From positions 108,748,001 through 108,812,000 of the forward strand of contig OX597814.1 in NCBI GenBank assembly GCA_951406725.2: a stretch of DNA of 64,000 nucleotides, read 5' to 3'. A model generated the notes under the pieces. It saw only the letters and a program-made list of their open reading frames with translations. It was not told the DNA's origin and searched no databases. The position numbers and the translations under genes are program-made. Source of the stretch: Octopus vulgaris. Its lineage: Eukaryota. Positions 13,730 through 27,460 of this stretch are shown one piece after another. Each line of letters starts with the position of its first letter. The stretch's first letter is position 1.

Positions 13730-15006
13730 GAGGGGCGTTCAATAAGTAATGCCTCTGACCCAACTTCCCAAAACAGTAGAGCAACGACACTTGGCACAGT
13801 TATTAGTCTTTTCCTACATAGGAACTACCCAGAGTTATGCATTTCTCCCATCGTTTGATACAGCTCTGGAGACCGTTTTTGTAGAAGACCCCAGCTTGGT
13901 CCTCCAACCACGACGTGACTTCAGAAATCAAGGCTGCATCATCTGGGAAACGCTTTCCTTTCAAAATCAACTTCATGGCTGGGAAGAGGTGAAAATCAAA
14001 GGGTGCAAGGGAAGGAGTTCATAGCTGCATGCCTGTGCTTCTGATCTGGCGACACGCGAGTTGTGGACCGGAGCGTTGTCCTGCAGGAGGAGGATGCCTT
14101 TGCTGATCTTGCCCCGCCTCTTGATTTTGATAGCTTCTCTTAATTTCCTCAAAAGTGAAGCATAATAGGCTCCTGTAATTGTGGTACCCTTTGCCAGGAA
14201 ATCTGTCATCACTACTCCGTCCTGGTCCCAGAAGACTGTGAGCATAACCTTGTCAGCGGAGGGCTGCACCCTTGCCTTCTTTGGAGGAGGTGAGTCATGG
14301 TACTTTCACTGCATTGACTGGGCTTTGGTCTATGGATCATAGTGATGGACCTAGGTTTTATCCTGTGTGATCAGTCTTTTGAAAATTTTTGACTCATCTT
14401 CATGGCACATCTCCAAATTCATCCTCGAGCACTCAACGCGTTCTTGCTTCTGGAAAGGTGTGAGCAACCTGGAAATCCATCTGGCAGACACCTTTTGCAT
14501 ATGCAAATGGCCATGAATGATAGTTTCCACAGACCCGGTACTAATCTTGACCTTATGGGCTATTTGGCGAATAGTTATGCGTTGACCTTCCAAAATGGCA
14601 GCCTCAACTTGACGGATAGACGTCTCATCAACGGCAGAAGGGATCGACCAGATCTGGGAGCTGTTTCCACAGAGTTCCGACTATGTTTGAATTCACAATG
14701 CCAGCGTTTTACAAGGTCATATGATGGGGCATCATCACCATAAGTTACTTTCATTTCATCAAAAGTCTCCCGTGGTGTGCGTCCTTTCAAATACAAAAAC
14801 CAGATCACTGCTCGACACTCAACAGGCTCCATTTCACACTTGACTCAGTTCAAACACCTGTAAATCAAAAACCACAATTAGTTCAGAGCTGTAATTCGCC
14901 ACTTAATCTATAGAGGTATAAATAAGTGCACATGCAAAATTTCAGCTAGATCAAACAACAAACAACTGCAAGTGGGTCAGGGGCATTACTTATTGAACGC
15001 CCCTCG
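13729..15006 (-). mobile_element. Full-length mariner DNA transposon (about 1.28 kb)
   Basis: TIR CGAGGGGCGTTCAATAAGTAATGCC at both ends, TA flanks within (TA)n. Confidence 0.95.
13790..14832 (-). pseudogene. Mariner transposase, frameshifted
   Basis: HTH N-terminus RAVIWFLYLKG, WISRLL (WVPRxL-like), ITQDKT, KVMLTVFWD, LQDNAPVH; YSPDL region partly deleted; split over three ORFs. Confidence 0.9.
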
Positions 15007-15016
15007 TATATATATG

Positions 15017-15157
<141 letters not shown>

Positions 15158-15207
15158 AAAATAGGACAAGGTAGAAAATGCTAAAATAATTTTATCATGA
15201 AGAGCAT

Positions 15208-15248
15208 TTTAGTACCGGTTTCAGGCTTTGTGACTTTTTCAACTTAGA
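15208..15248 (-). ncRNA. Degenerate minimal hammerhead motif (U3-A8 core)
   Basis: TTGAAAA-AGTC acaaa GCCT-GAAACCGGTA; palindromic stem III ACCGGT. Confidence 0.45.
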
Positions 15249-15489
15249 GTGTAGCATGAAAACCAATTAAATTGTGGAAAAATTAAATGAAATATTTTTT
15301 TTAAATATTTCAAAGTTTTCAAATATTTGGGACATTTTCCTTTTTTCTGTCTTTCTCACTTTTACTTTTGTGAAGGCTTGGTAGGTAGGTAGCAGCAGAT
15401 CTGAAGAAATATATATTATACACCAAAGTAAGCATATAAATGTGAAACAAGGTGGGGAGAAATAATACTTGAATACCAGAGGTAGAGTA

Positions 15490-15688
15490 ATATGCTTTAT
15501 TATTATCAAAGCTGCAAAAACATTAGAAAAATATCACAAAACTGCTACTCAGAGTTTTGCGTTCCCGTTCGTTGGACAGTTTAGATTCTCAATCTAAACT
15601 GTCCAACGAACGGGAACGTGAAACTCTGAGAAGCAGTTTTGTGATATTTTTGCGATGTTTTTGCAGCTTCAATGATAATAAAGTATAT
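15490..15688. repeat. Palindrome whose arms each carry a decayed hammerhead-like motif
   Basis: Arms 15490-15586 and 15591-15688; ACTGT-CCAACGA-ACG ggaa CGY-RAAA-CTCTGAG-WA-GCAGT. Confidence 0.8.
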
Positions 15689-16632
15689 ATGTGATTTGAT
15701 ATGCTTGAGAGTGTCGGGTGATACGATATGCTTGAGAAGACTTGTTGAGCCAAGTAAAACCAATAGTGTAGCTGTGGCCAGTGTCCCCTGACTGGCTCCC
15801 ATGCCGGTGACATGTAAAAAGCACCATCTGAATGTTGTCGCTGCCAGGTCCACCTGACTGACTCCTGTATTAGTGGCACATAAAAAGTACCATCCAAATG
15901 TGGTTGATGTCAATATCCCTGATTGGCACTCGTGCCGGTGGCATGTAAATAGTACTATCCGAATGTGATCGATGCCAGTACTGCCTGACTGTCTCCTGTG
16001 CCAGTGGTACGTAAAAAGCACCCACCACACTCTCAGAGTGATTAGCATTAGGAAGGGCATCCAGCTGTAGAAACATTGCTAGATCAGATTGGAGCCTGGT
16101 GCAGCCTCCTGGCTTGCCAGTCCTCAGTCAAACTGTCCAACCCATGCCAACATGGAAAACAGATATTAAATGATGATGATGATGCTGATGATGATGATGT
16201 ATGTATCCATGTATGTATAAATGTATGTCTATCTATCTATATCTAGCTATCTTCCTATCTATCTATCTGTCTATATATCTATATATATATGCGTATGTGT
16301 GTGTGTATACACAATAGGTTTCCACACAGTTTTCGTCTATGACATTCTCTCAGGTGACACGAGGAAGGTCATTGGGAGTGACTCTCGCAGAAGAATTAGA
16401 GTTCTGAATTGAGAAAAGGAAAGAGAGGAGTGGATTAAGTGTTTAGTGTTGGGTTTAAGGTCGAGATGCAGCAAGGGTGACAGGACAAGGAGGGATGGGC
16501 ATGTCCAGGTTGAGAAAGTCTGTTGCTTTTGGGGATAAGGAAAAAAGAGAGATTTAAGTTAATGGTTGTAGCTTGTTGATCACTGAATCGTTGCCAGTCA
16601 ATGAAATAATGGTTTTGTCTTGGATTCAGTCT

Positions 16633-16633
<1 letters not shown>

Positions 16634-16717
<84 letters not shown>

Positions 16718-16772
16718 ATTTGTGAGTGTATGTGTGTTTGTGTGTGTTTGTGTGTGAGTGTGAGTGTGTGTT

Positions 16773-16803
<31 letters not shown>

Positions 16804-16850
16804 CCGTGTGTCTGTATGTCTGTGTGTGTGTGTACCTATGTGTGTGTCCA
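16634..16850 (+). repeat. (GT)n microsatellite
   Basis: Direct reading. Confidence 0.95.
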
Positions 16851-18149
16851 TGAGTAGCAGCACTATTTCATATACATGAACAGTCTATTGTAGTCTATCA
16901 GCAGCACTAACCATGTTCTATAGACAGCCTGTTCTGTATGTACGACAGGCTTGTCTCATAAATCTCATTATGTTCCATCTACATGTGTGTGTGTGTGTAA
17001 CTGTAGCAGCAGAAACATTATCCCGTGTATGTGGAGAGAATCCTGTCTAATCAGACTTGAAGAATTTCCAGAAACTCAGGAGAAATCATTCATGAGGCGC
17101 ACACAGAGCAGTGACAATAATGTTCTGAAGCATTCTGTATATGTTCTGACAGATTGAAACATGAATACAGACTTGTTACCAGTTCAAATATGTTTTGAGG
17201 CATATTTGGACCTGTGCAAAAAGTCATTCACTGTATTTTGTAATGAAGAATATTTCTTGCTGTAGAGAAAGAGGTGCAGATACACTGAGCCCAGCTTACA
17301 GCACCTTCTGGACCAGTCTATTGGATGAATGCATTTCAGAATGGTTATCTCCTCTTCAGTAACAGACACTGGAAAGGCAGATGCTGTCAATTGACATGAG
17401 AGACAGGTCCATCATATGAAAATCTTGGTCATCATTCAATGACTGGTTGTACTATTCAGCAGGCCGCCTTGACTGGCTCCTGTGCTGGTGGCACGTAAAA
17501 AGCACCAACCGATTGTGGCCGTTGCCAGCCTCCCTGGCACCTGTGCCGGTGGCACGTAAAAAGCACCCACTACACTCACGGAAGGGCATCCAGCTGTAGA
17601 AACAATGCCAGATCAGACTGGAGCCTGGTGCAGCCTCCGGGCTTCCCAGACCCCGGTTGAACCGTCCAACCCATGATAGTATGGAAAATGGACGTTAAAC
17701 GATGATGATGATGATAGCACTAATCAGGAATGTGTATATAATGAGGTACCTAAAAGAAAGAGCAATTTTAGAATATTATTTTATTCACTTAGTTTTACAT
17801 GTATCTGTTCTCATGCCTTTCAGCCTTGACCACCAAACAACCTCTTTCACCACAGCCACCAGGCAAAGGAAATCTGTTTTGTTTACCTGACTGAAGGAGG
17901 GTGGTGGTGCAAGTATCATTACAGACTCAGCCAACAGACGAATCCATCCCACACATGGTAGCATCTGTTTGACATAACCCTACAAGTTGGCAATGCATCT
18001 TCTTCTTCTTCTTCTTCTTCTTCTACTACTTCTCCCCCTCCCCTCCTCCCCCTCCTTGTCGTCGTCATCATTGTTGTTGTTAATAATAATAATAATATTT
18101 GCTTAATAGCATTATCAGAGATCCTGCTGGTTTCATTTGCTAAACATCA

Positions 18150-18390
18150 AGCTGCAACTCTTGTCTTTTAAGTGTCTAGCTGTGTCAAAGAGACATGCTT
18201 TCTCCACTGTCACAAAGTTAATAATTATGTTGGTTTCAGAAAGCTGTTTAATGTTATCCATTTAGTAACAAATATAACTCATATTTCCTTGCAGTTCCAA
18301 AACCATTTTAATTTCCTTGTTAGATCCTGGGATTCTATATATCTTCTCAGTTTCTTTGTTCTTCACCCTGGTCTCCAATCAACTGTCTAC
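18150..18390 (-). mobile_element. Degenerate RLE-type (R4/Dong-like) LINE C-terminal fragment
   Basis: Across frames: TRVKNKETEKI..QDLTRKLKWFWN..EKACLFDTARHL, matching the KExEKIxKYQDL..LW..QKAxLLGTARIL pattern. Confidence 0.55.
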
Positions 18391-19138
18391 ATCTTATTAT
18401 TTTAGAATTTACCGTTTCTTTCTTTAGCACAACAATATCCGGTCTTGAATTTTCTAGTTCCTTGTCTGTCTTGATTTTCATGTCTCATAAAAATCATAGA
18501 TTGATTATTTTTGACAACTTTCATCACCATCATTGTCATCATCGTCTTCGTTGTCATCATCATCATCGTCATCGTCGTCGTTGTTGTCATCATCATCATC
18601 ATCATCATCATTATCATCATCATTTAATGTTCATTTTTCTCTGCTGACATGGGTTAGCCAGGTTGAGAGGAGCTGGTTAGGCCAGGGTCCACACCAGGTC
18701 CCATTTGTCTGCTTTGGTATGGTTTCTACAGCTGGGTGCCCTTCCTAATGGCAACCACTTTACAGAGTGGCACTGGGGAGGGGGGCTTTTAATGTAGCAC
18801 CAACTCCAGTGGTTTTTATGTGGTTTAAGTAACTTGCAAGGCAAAAACAAAAACCCTCAGCTGTGCCTGTTAATGAGAGATTACAGGTATATAGAGACAT
18901 GGATAGATGTCTTGCTGTAGGGTAGACACATGGATACCCCAGCTGGAAAAGAAAGGAGAGCCTAGAATCGAACTTGGAATCTTGAGGTTAGTAGCCCATA
19001 CTCTTAACCACTGTGTCCATTGGGTGGCAAGAGAAAAGAGACTGTAGCCTTGTTATGTATGAACTTCTTGCATATGACCCTGGTACAGAAACAACAAAAA
19101 AGTTGGAGACATGACTGAATAACATCAGATACACACTG

Positions 19139-19196
<58 letters not shown>

Positions 19197-19215
19197 TAAA
19201 AATAATAATAATAAC

Positions 19216-19261
<46 letters not shown>

Positions 19262-19285
19262 GTAATAATGATAATAATATTTGAA

Positions 19286-19647
19286 TCTTTTCTTTTTGAA
19301 AGCTAGATTTTTCTAGTTAACTAAACAATTTGAAACTTCATATACTGGTAGAATGTGTCAAAAGAAAACATAATTGTAAACCAAAATGAAAACGGAATTG
19401 TAATTTCTGAGTTTAACGTTGTTTAAAAATTCGAATTTTAACCAATGATATTCTTTCTTTCGGCCTCATATTATTTACTGCTTCTCAAAATATTGTTACT
19501 GTGACGTAAACAGCTATTTTGTGACATAGTTAACGTAAACATGTAAATAGCTAAAATGTAAACATCTCCGCTTATCGTAAACTTCGTGGAGTATATATAA
19601 AATTTGTGTAGATCCTAAATAGCTACACACACAGGTATACAAACATA

Positions 19648-19688
<41 letters not shown>

Positions 19689-20352
19689 CTATACGCACAT
19701 ATTCTAATGCATATGCATATATGTGTATATATTTATAATGTGTGTGTATTATAGATGCATACATTATATATATATAAAAGATGTTTACATACAATATATA
19801 TATGTTATATACATCTACATGTATATGTATGTATGAATATATAAGTACCACAGAATTTGAATCAAACTGTTTTGATCCATACACACACACACACACCAAC
19901 ACTACCATCCATGAGACATCCCAACATAATCAATGCTACTGCTACTATCATCATCATTATCATCATCATCCACTGCCGCCACCACCACCACCACCTCTAC
20001 AAAAACACCAACACTATAATTGCTGCCATCATACACATCCACTGTCACCACTACCACCACTGCCATGATAACCACATCTACCACAGCTGTTTGCTTACTG
20101 CTTACCCACTCACAAAATAGCTATCTACGTCACATTAACACTATGCAGCTAATAATTTCAAATGAAAACAGACAATACGATTGGTTAAAATTCGCAGATT
20201 TAAACTACGTTTAAACTTATAAAATACATTTTTGTCAAAAAAACTAGTTGAAATTATTGTTTTCTTTTGACACATTCTACCAGTATACGAAGTTTCAAAT
20301 TATTTAGTTAACTAGAAAAATCTGAAAAATCTGGCTTTCAAAAAGAAAAGAT
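19286..20352. mobile_element. TIR element (MITE-like) with microsatellite-filled interior
   Basis: About 85-bp TIRs ATCTTTTCTTTTTGAAAG...TACTGGTAGAATGTGTCAAAAGAAAACA, mirrored at 20257-20352. Confidence 0.8.
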
Positions 20353-20444
20353 CCTAATATTTTAAAAAGGATTGTGACATAACTCTTCACAAAGGTAAAC
20401 AGTCAAGATGAAGAGCACGATTCGATTGTAAGATATTTTATTAG

Positions 20445-20487
20445 TTGAACGAAATTTCAACAGTACGTCTGTCTTTGTCAAGTTCAA
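20445..20487 (-). ncRNA. Minimal type I hammerhead motif in a Penelope 3' region (U3-A8 core)
   Basis: TTGAAC-TTGACAAA-GACAG acgta CTGTT-GAAATTTC-GTTCAA: 6-bp stem I, stem II and palindromic stem III. Confidence 0.7.
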
Positions 20488-20689
20488 AATAAGAAGTGAT
20501 AAAAATTCAAAATTATAGAAATTTAAATGTAAAGTATGAACGAAAGCAACCAGCATCCACACATTGATGGAATGACATCATCAGTTTTTAAGTTACAATT
20601 TTATAACAGGCAAAAAGAAAAAGACAGAAAAATAAGAGAAAAAGAAGATGACAGAAAGAAAGGAAAGAAAAAGAGAGAAAGAAGAATAT

Positions 20690-21208
20690 TTAATCAAACA
20701 ATTTTGCATAAATTTGATGACATTCTCTTGCCATCTTATTCATTCCTCCAGGGCATGATGTTAATAACCCGCAAACATATTTCTCCTCATACATTCTGAG
20801 AGGTGAAAGGGAAGTAGGTTCAGAATATTTTCTGAGAATATACACTTTCAAGTCTTCTTCAAAATTGCAGCCGCTTGAAACGAAATGTTCAGCAAGTTCT
20901 GTTGAACTACTGTTATTGTGCCTGACATCGAATCTGTACCCATTAAACCTTTTGTTTAATTGTTCTGTTGTGCAACCAACATAAATTAAGTTGTGTTTCA
21001 TGCATTCTACAGTGTACACCAAATGAGAATCTTTACATGTTCCACCTTCTGTATAATTCATAACATTTCTGTTATGATTTCTGATGGAATTCACTTCACT
21101 CATGTTGTTGCACAATGAACAGGGTTTACCTCTCTTGTGGCTGTTCTTTAAGGTACAGTGTATAGATACTCCAATGTTCGTTTTCTTGGAGTCAGATACA
21201 GAGGTCAA
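20690..21208 (-). CDS. Penelope-like element GIY-YIG endonuclease domain (5'-truncated ORF)
   Basis: PCSLC..GTCKDSHLVYTVECMKHNLIYVGCTTEQLNKRFNGY..LAEHF; open for 172 codons; hammerhead motif 200 bp downstream on the same strand. Confidence 0.85.
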   Translation of the reverse strand: MTSVSDSKKTNIGVSIHCTLKNSHKRGKPCSLCNNMSEVNSIRNHNRNVMNYTEGGTCKDSHLVYTVECMKHNLIYVGCTTEQLNKRFNGYRFDVRHNNSSSTELAEHFVSSGCNFEEDLKVYILRKYSEPTSLSPLRMYEEKYVCGLLTSCPGGMNKMARECHQIYAKLFD

Positions 21209-21289
21209 TAATTCTCTTATATTATATGTTGATCTTCATTAATACCCCATGTCTTGCAGTTCTCTACCACGTGTAACTCTATCATGTGT

Positions 21290-21607
21290 AACCTGCCTCA
21301 TCACTAGACTATCATTTCTTTGGCACCATGAAAGAGGGTTTGAGAGGCAAGCATTATTCTAGTGACGAGGAAGTGAAAACTGTAGTAAAGAAGTGGCTCA
21401 AAGAACAGTCAACAGAATTTTACAGGGCAGGGATACATGCTCTCATTCGAGGGTGAAACATTGCTATTGAGAGAAATGGTGACTATGTTGAGAAGTAGGG
21501 ATGTGATCCAGAGAGGACCAGCTTCATTTTGATGTATGATACATGTTCCTGTGTTGGTAATTATACCAGTCCTAAACAAAATGGCATTACTTTTTAACTC
21601 ACCCTCG
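21290..21607 (+). mobile_element. Mariner 3' fragment
   Basis: DYHFFGTMKEGLRGKHYSSDEEVKTVVKKWL..GDYVEK*, then TIR GGCATTACTTTTTAACTCACCCTCG-TA. Confidence 0.85.
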
Positions 21608-22914
21608 TATATACATAGATTAAGAGGGATAACTATAATTCTGGCTGCTATCATCTCATTAGCACATATTTCCAATATTATGGTATGTATTATATAATAC
21701 TGTATGAATTGCATAACATTTTAATGAGATATGAATAAATATATTCCCCATTTATGGAAACAATTGTAATGTCAATCTAACTTTCCTTTTTTTCATTGAA
21801 ATGATTATACATCGAAGTCGAAATCAAACTCGATTGCAAAGACCTATTGAGGCAAGTGAAATCGAAATTGAAATCAAACTCGGTGACTGGCATCTGTTGC
21901 TAGTGGAGCACTAAGAGCACCATACAAGTGAGATCGTTGCTAGAGCAACAAGCTGGCCTTCGTGCTGGTGTCACGTTAAAAAAAACACCATTCAAGCGTG
22001 ATCGTTGCCTGCGTTGCCTTACTAGCACTTGTGCTGGTGGCATGTGAAAAAACATTCGAGTGAGGTCGTCGCTAGTGCCGCTGGACTGGCTCCTGTGCAG
22101 GTGGCACATAAAAAGCACCATTTGAGCATGACCATTGCCAGTACCACCTAACTTGCCCTCGTGCCAGTGGCACATAAAAGCACCCATTACACTCTCGGAG
22201 TGGTTGGCATTAAGAAGGGCATCGAGCTGTAGAAACTCTGCCGGATCAGATTGGAGTCTGGTTTGCCAGACCTCAGTCAAATCGCCCAACCCATGCTAGC
22301 ATGGAAAGCGGACGTTAAACAATGATGATGATGGTTTGTAGTGTAGTAAGGTTCCTGCTGTGGCCTGAACCATTGTGCTCAGACTCCCTTGCTCAGGATG
22401 GTTGTGATTGTAGTAAAGGTGGTAGTGGTGATGGTGGGGTGGTGATAGCAATGACAATGACACAAAATAAAGACATCGTCTGAGAAGGAAAGAAATAATT
22501 ACATCTCGTTAAATAATTATCAAACTGAGCAGTTGTTAAGGTATATACTCACTGTAACAACAATAATTTATTAATTTTCTTTTTTCTCTTTTGTCCAACT
22601 TCACTGTAAATGACTTTAAAACACAGAATCAATACTAATAGTTTTGTACAAACAAATTGTTTATTAGATTTACTGTACTCAAAAATATTTTTATTTCACT
22701 CTGTCTGAAACACAGCATTGTTCATTCACAGTTGTTTATACTGCTTCTATCTGCATTGGAATCATTCAAACAGTTTGTTGACATAACAGGAAGACCAAAA
22801 GAAGGGGAAAAGTAAAGCCTTGAATGTTTCTTTATTTCATGTGATATTATGTCATATCGCATAAAGGCAGTGTGAGATGGCAGAATCATTTGTGCATCAG
22901 ATAAAATGCTCTGC

Positions 22915-23310
22915 TGAGGTGGCAAGCTGGCAGAATCGTTAGCACACCGGGTGAAATACTTAGTGGTATTTCATCAGCCGCTACGTTCTGACTTCAAATT
23001 CCGCCAATGTCGACTTTGCCTTTCATCCCTTCGGGGTCGATTAAATAAGTACCAGTTACGCACTGGGGTCGATATAATCAACTTAATCCGTTTGTCTGTT
23101 CGTGTTTGTCCTCTCTGTGTTTATCTCCTTGAGGGTAGTAAAGAAATAGGTATTTCACCTGTCTTTATGTTCTGAGTTCAAATTCAGCCGAGGTTGACTT
23201 TGCCTTTCATCCTTTAGGGGTCAATAAATTAAGTACCAGTAAATCACTGGGGTCAATTTAATCGATTATCCCCCCTCCTCCAAATTTCAGGCCTTGTGCC
23301 TATAGTAGAA
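22915..23310 (+). mobile_element. Dimeric tRNA-derived SINE, same family as 90-512
   Basis: Second body restarts at AAAGAAATAGGTATTTC; further copies at 23352-23750, 24870-25260 and 54688-54917 (minus). Confidence 0.8.
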
Positions 23311-24061
23311 AGGATTATTATTATTATTATTATCATTATTATTATTATTATTAAAGCAGTGAACTGGCAGAAACATTAGCATGCCAGTGAAATGCTTAGC
23401 GGTATTTTGCCTGTCTTTATGCTCTGAGTTCAAATTCCACCAAGGCCAACTTTGCCTTCCATCCTTTTGGAGTTGATAAATTAAGTACCAGTTGCATACT
23501 GGGGTCGATCTAATCGACTGGCTCCCCTCCCCCAAAATTTCGGGCTTTGTACCTAGAGTAGGAAAGATAAAATGCTTTGCAGCATTTCTTCTGGGCCGTT
23601 ACGTACTGAGTTCAAATTCTGTTGAGGTCAACTTTACTTATCAGGCTTTCGGGATCAATAAAATAAGTATGAGCAAAGTGCTGGGATTGAAGTAATCAAC
23701 TTGTAACCCCTCGCCTAAAAAATTGCTGGCCTTGTGCCAAAAATTAGAAAGAATTATCATCTCATCTTTTTATCTTTTATCTTTTATTTGTTTCAGTCAT
23801 TAGACTATGGCCATGCTGGGGCACCACCTTGAAGAATTTTTGGTCAAATGAATTGACCTCAGTACATTTTCTTTTTAAAACCGGGTACTTATTCTATCGC
23901 TTTCTTTTGTTGAACTGCTAAGTTATGGGGATGTAAATAAACCAACACCTGTTGTTAAGTGGTGGTGGGCAAACATGATGCAAAGACAAATACAGACAAA
24001 TAGAGGAGGAAAGAGGAAGTGGAGGAAGAGGAGGAAAACGATGATGATGGATGATGGATGA

Positions 24062-24098
<37 letters not shown>

Positions 24099-26332
24099 GC
24101 CCAAAGATATCTTTGGCAATTTGATAGTGAGAAATACCGTCCTCCTCCTATTCTTCCCTTCCCCTTCTTCCTCCTCTCCTTCCTCCTCCTCCTCCCACTT
24201 GTACCATATTTCTGACACCCTCCCCTCATGGACCTGCTCTCTTGTCCTCTCCCCACCATCCAACAGCTGCATCATCTTTACTACACCTACTGCTCCCTGA
24301 TCCCCACACTTCTGCAGCCCTTTATCATCCCCAGCTCATGACTCTTGTCTCACCCTCCCTTCAACCCTATCCATTTTGACAGTCTGCCTTCCACCATTCC
24401 CCTTCCCATACAATCTCACAAATGAGTTTCTACTAAGTTTTTGCTTTTGGGTGGAGGGGGTCACCTGGGCACCTGGGCACCTTATCACTGATATCATCTG
24501 TTTTGCAGCTTCCACTGATGCAGATTCCTCTGCAAGAACCTGCTTTACCCTGACCCTTCATAGTAATCCTCGTGTTCTCTAACATGAAACTGATCCCTCT
24601 CTTACCCTGGGGCTCATAGTTTTGTGGACTGCATGGCAATGTCAATAGACATGAAAAAAGCATCAGGTATGCTCTGTAAAGTGGTTGGCATTCGGAAGGA
24701 CATCCAGCCAGAGACACCAAAGCAGAAACTGGAGCTTGAAGCAGTCCTTGGACATATCAGTTCCAGTCACACTGTCCAACCCATTCCAGCATGGAATATG
24801 GTTGTTAAATGATAATGATAATGATAAGAATTATGAAAGCTGGATAAGAGGTCCTGTACTGTATAGTACCATGGTGGCGAGCTGGTAGAAATGTTAGCAC
24901 AATGCTTAACGGTATTTCGTCTGTTTTTACCTTCTGAGTTCAAATTCGACTGAAGTCGACTTTGCCTTTCATCCTTTCGAGGTCGAGGACTTAAGTACCA
25001 GTTACGCACTGGGGTCGATGTAATCGATTTAATACCTAAGTCTGTCCTTGTTTGTCCCCTCTATGTTTAGCCCCTTGTGGGTAATAAAGAAATAGGTATT
25101 TCGTCTGTTTTTACATTCTGAGTTCAAATTCCACTGAGGTTGACTTTGCCTTTCATCCTTTTGGGGTCAATTAAATAAGTACCAGTTACACACTGGGGTC
25201 GATGTAATCGACTTAATCCCTTTGTCTGTCCTTGTTTGTCCCCTTGTGAGCAATAAAGAGATTTGTATAGTACCAAAATATGCTGTACTCGAGAGGAACT
25301 GCCCACCAAGGTGCCACATAAAAATGCACTGATACTGGTGCCACATAAAATGCACCGGTGCCAGTGCCATGTAAAATGCACCAAGCACATTCTTTAAAGT
25401 AGTTGGTGTTAGGAAGAGCACCCAGCCACAGAGACCATGCCAAAACAGACTCTGAAACCTAGTGTGGCTCCTGGCCTTGTCAGTTCCTGTCAAACTGTCC
25501 AACCCATGCCAGCATGGAAAACAGGCATTAACTGTTGATGATGATGGCTTAATAGTTAAATAGTTTGTTAGGTGAGGGGTTCAGTCCTACTCTATGACAT
25601 CTTGGGGCTGTGTCAGTTATCCTGCCTTTGGTTTTATCCAAACCAGCATGAACAGATTCAAGGCACCACTGACATCCTACAAGATCAAAAGATGACAACC
25701 TGAATAAATTCCAATCTTCTCCTCATAGACGAAGAATGAGAAATGGTTAATAATTAACATGGTGCATTAATTAATATGGTGTGTTCATTGTCGTGATGGA
25801 CCTGACAACTTTCGTTGAGTTCACTGCAACATGTTTAGTCGTCAGATATTTATCCAATTGTATTTGGTTGAGTGAATAACTGTTTGGAAATCTGATATTA
25901 ATAATTCAGATGTAATCATCATCGTCGTCGTCATCATCGCTGTAATCATCATCGTCGTCGTCGTCATCGCCATCATCGTCGTCGCCGTCGCCGCTGTCGT
26001 CGTCGTCGTCTTCATCATCATCATTGTCATCGTCGTTGTCGTCGTCATCATCGTCATTCCCACCACTATCATCCCCATCATCATTTAACACCCATTTTAC
26101 CATACTTGCATTCTCACATGAAATTTGTTGAAAGCAAATTTCCTACGACCAGATGCCCTTCCTACCATTGATCTTCTTCTGTTTCCAAATAATGTCATCT
26201 TTCCCCATGGCCAGACATGTTTTTACAGAATACTGGAAATAACAACATCATATGTATGACAATGATGCTCATTTGAAACCATCATGCGATGTCTGAACAA
26301 AGGTACCCACTAACATAAAAACACACACATTG

Positions 26333-26334
<2 letters not shown>

Positions 26335-26390
<56 letters not shown>

Positions 26391-26910
26391 TGAGTAAGAG
26401 AGCAGAGCATGCCATCAAAGTGACACTGGGGTAAAATATACAAAGCCCAATATGCCCATCATGACTATCCGTCTGATAAGAGTACACTAGGCACATGCAT
26501 CACAACCATATGTGTGCGACATGGTGATCTCATATCAAGATAAACAGCACATGACCTTGCAGGCTGGGCCCAGTTAGAATTTTCTTCTGGTCGAGTAGCT
26601 CATCCCATTCAAAAGGTCCCTGAATAAGGGTTGTTTAAGGATGTTGAACAAAACACCCATGTTTCCAGAGGTGAATTATTCAAACCCCAAAGAATTCCTT
26701 TCAACACACGGCTATGATGCTCCCCCACTACTTCTGCTCGTGATCAGAGATGCACATATCGTCCGCCACCAAGGGACTTGCTCAACTGGTTATGGTCAAA
26801 GAACTGACAAGCAAATCTGTGGTATTGAGCAGAATATTTGCAGTAGTCCATCTTTTATACCAAGACAAAACAATGTACATGATAACACTTCCAATCAGTT
26901 AAGATCAGAA
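26335..26910 (-). mobile_element. Retroposon with (TAA)n tail (SINE or LINE 3' UTR)
   Basis: Non-coding body ends CTCTCTTACTCAG followed by (TAA)n on the minus strand. Confidence 0.45.
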
Positions 26911-27321
26911 GTAAAACAGATGTAAAACAAGTGGTTGCCACAGGTAGGAAGATTCCATTACTGCTAGAGACGCCAGAAAATTCTTTCTGTCCCTGCCATG
27001 TCAGCTCCACCAGAATCGGTTTCTTCAGCAACTGGGGTTCTTGTTAACAAAGCTACACAACCGATTGTCAAGTGACATTTTCAAAAAATATTTGTTTGAT
27101 ACGGAAAATAAATTTAAGGAAACAGGAGAATCAGTAGATGGTGAATTATGTCGTTTTGTAATGGGAAATGTAGTTAGTTAATTTGTTGTTTGACCAGTGA
27201 ATTGTTGTGATGTTAGGGTTTAACGAATGAGGGAGGCAAAACAAACTGAAAGGAAAACTGGGAAAATGGATGTGAGGAGGAATCAGAAATAAGTGAGAAA
27301 ACTGTGCTGGTATAGACATGG

Positions 27322-27365
<44 letters not shown>

Positions 27366-27391
27366 GTGGTGGTGATGACGACGACGACAAC

Positions 27392-27460
<69 letters not shown>

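Noticed and set aside
16870-17440. Unique-looking, moderately GC-rich block (also 43960-44480)
   Set aside because: I found no long open frame or assignable motif; it is probably a decayed transposon.
17887-17980. Minus-strand RCYHVWDGFVCW resembling a class B GPCR motif
   Set aside because: An in-frame stop follows, the upstream sequence is purine-rich, and no companion exons were found.
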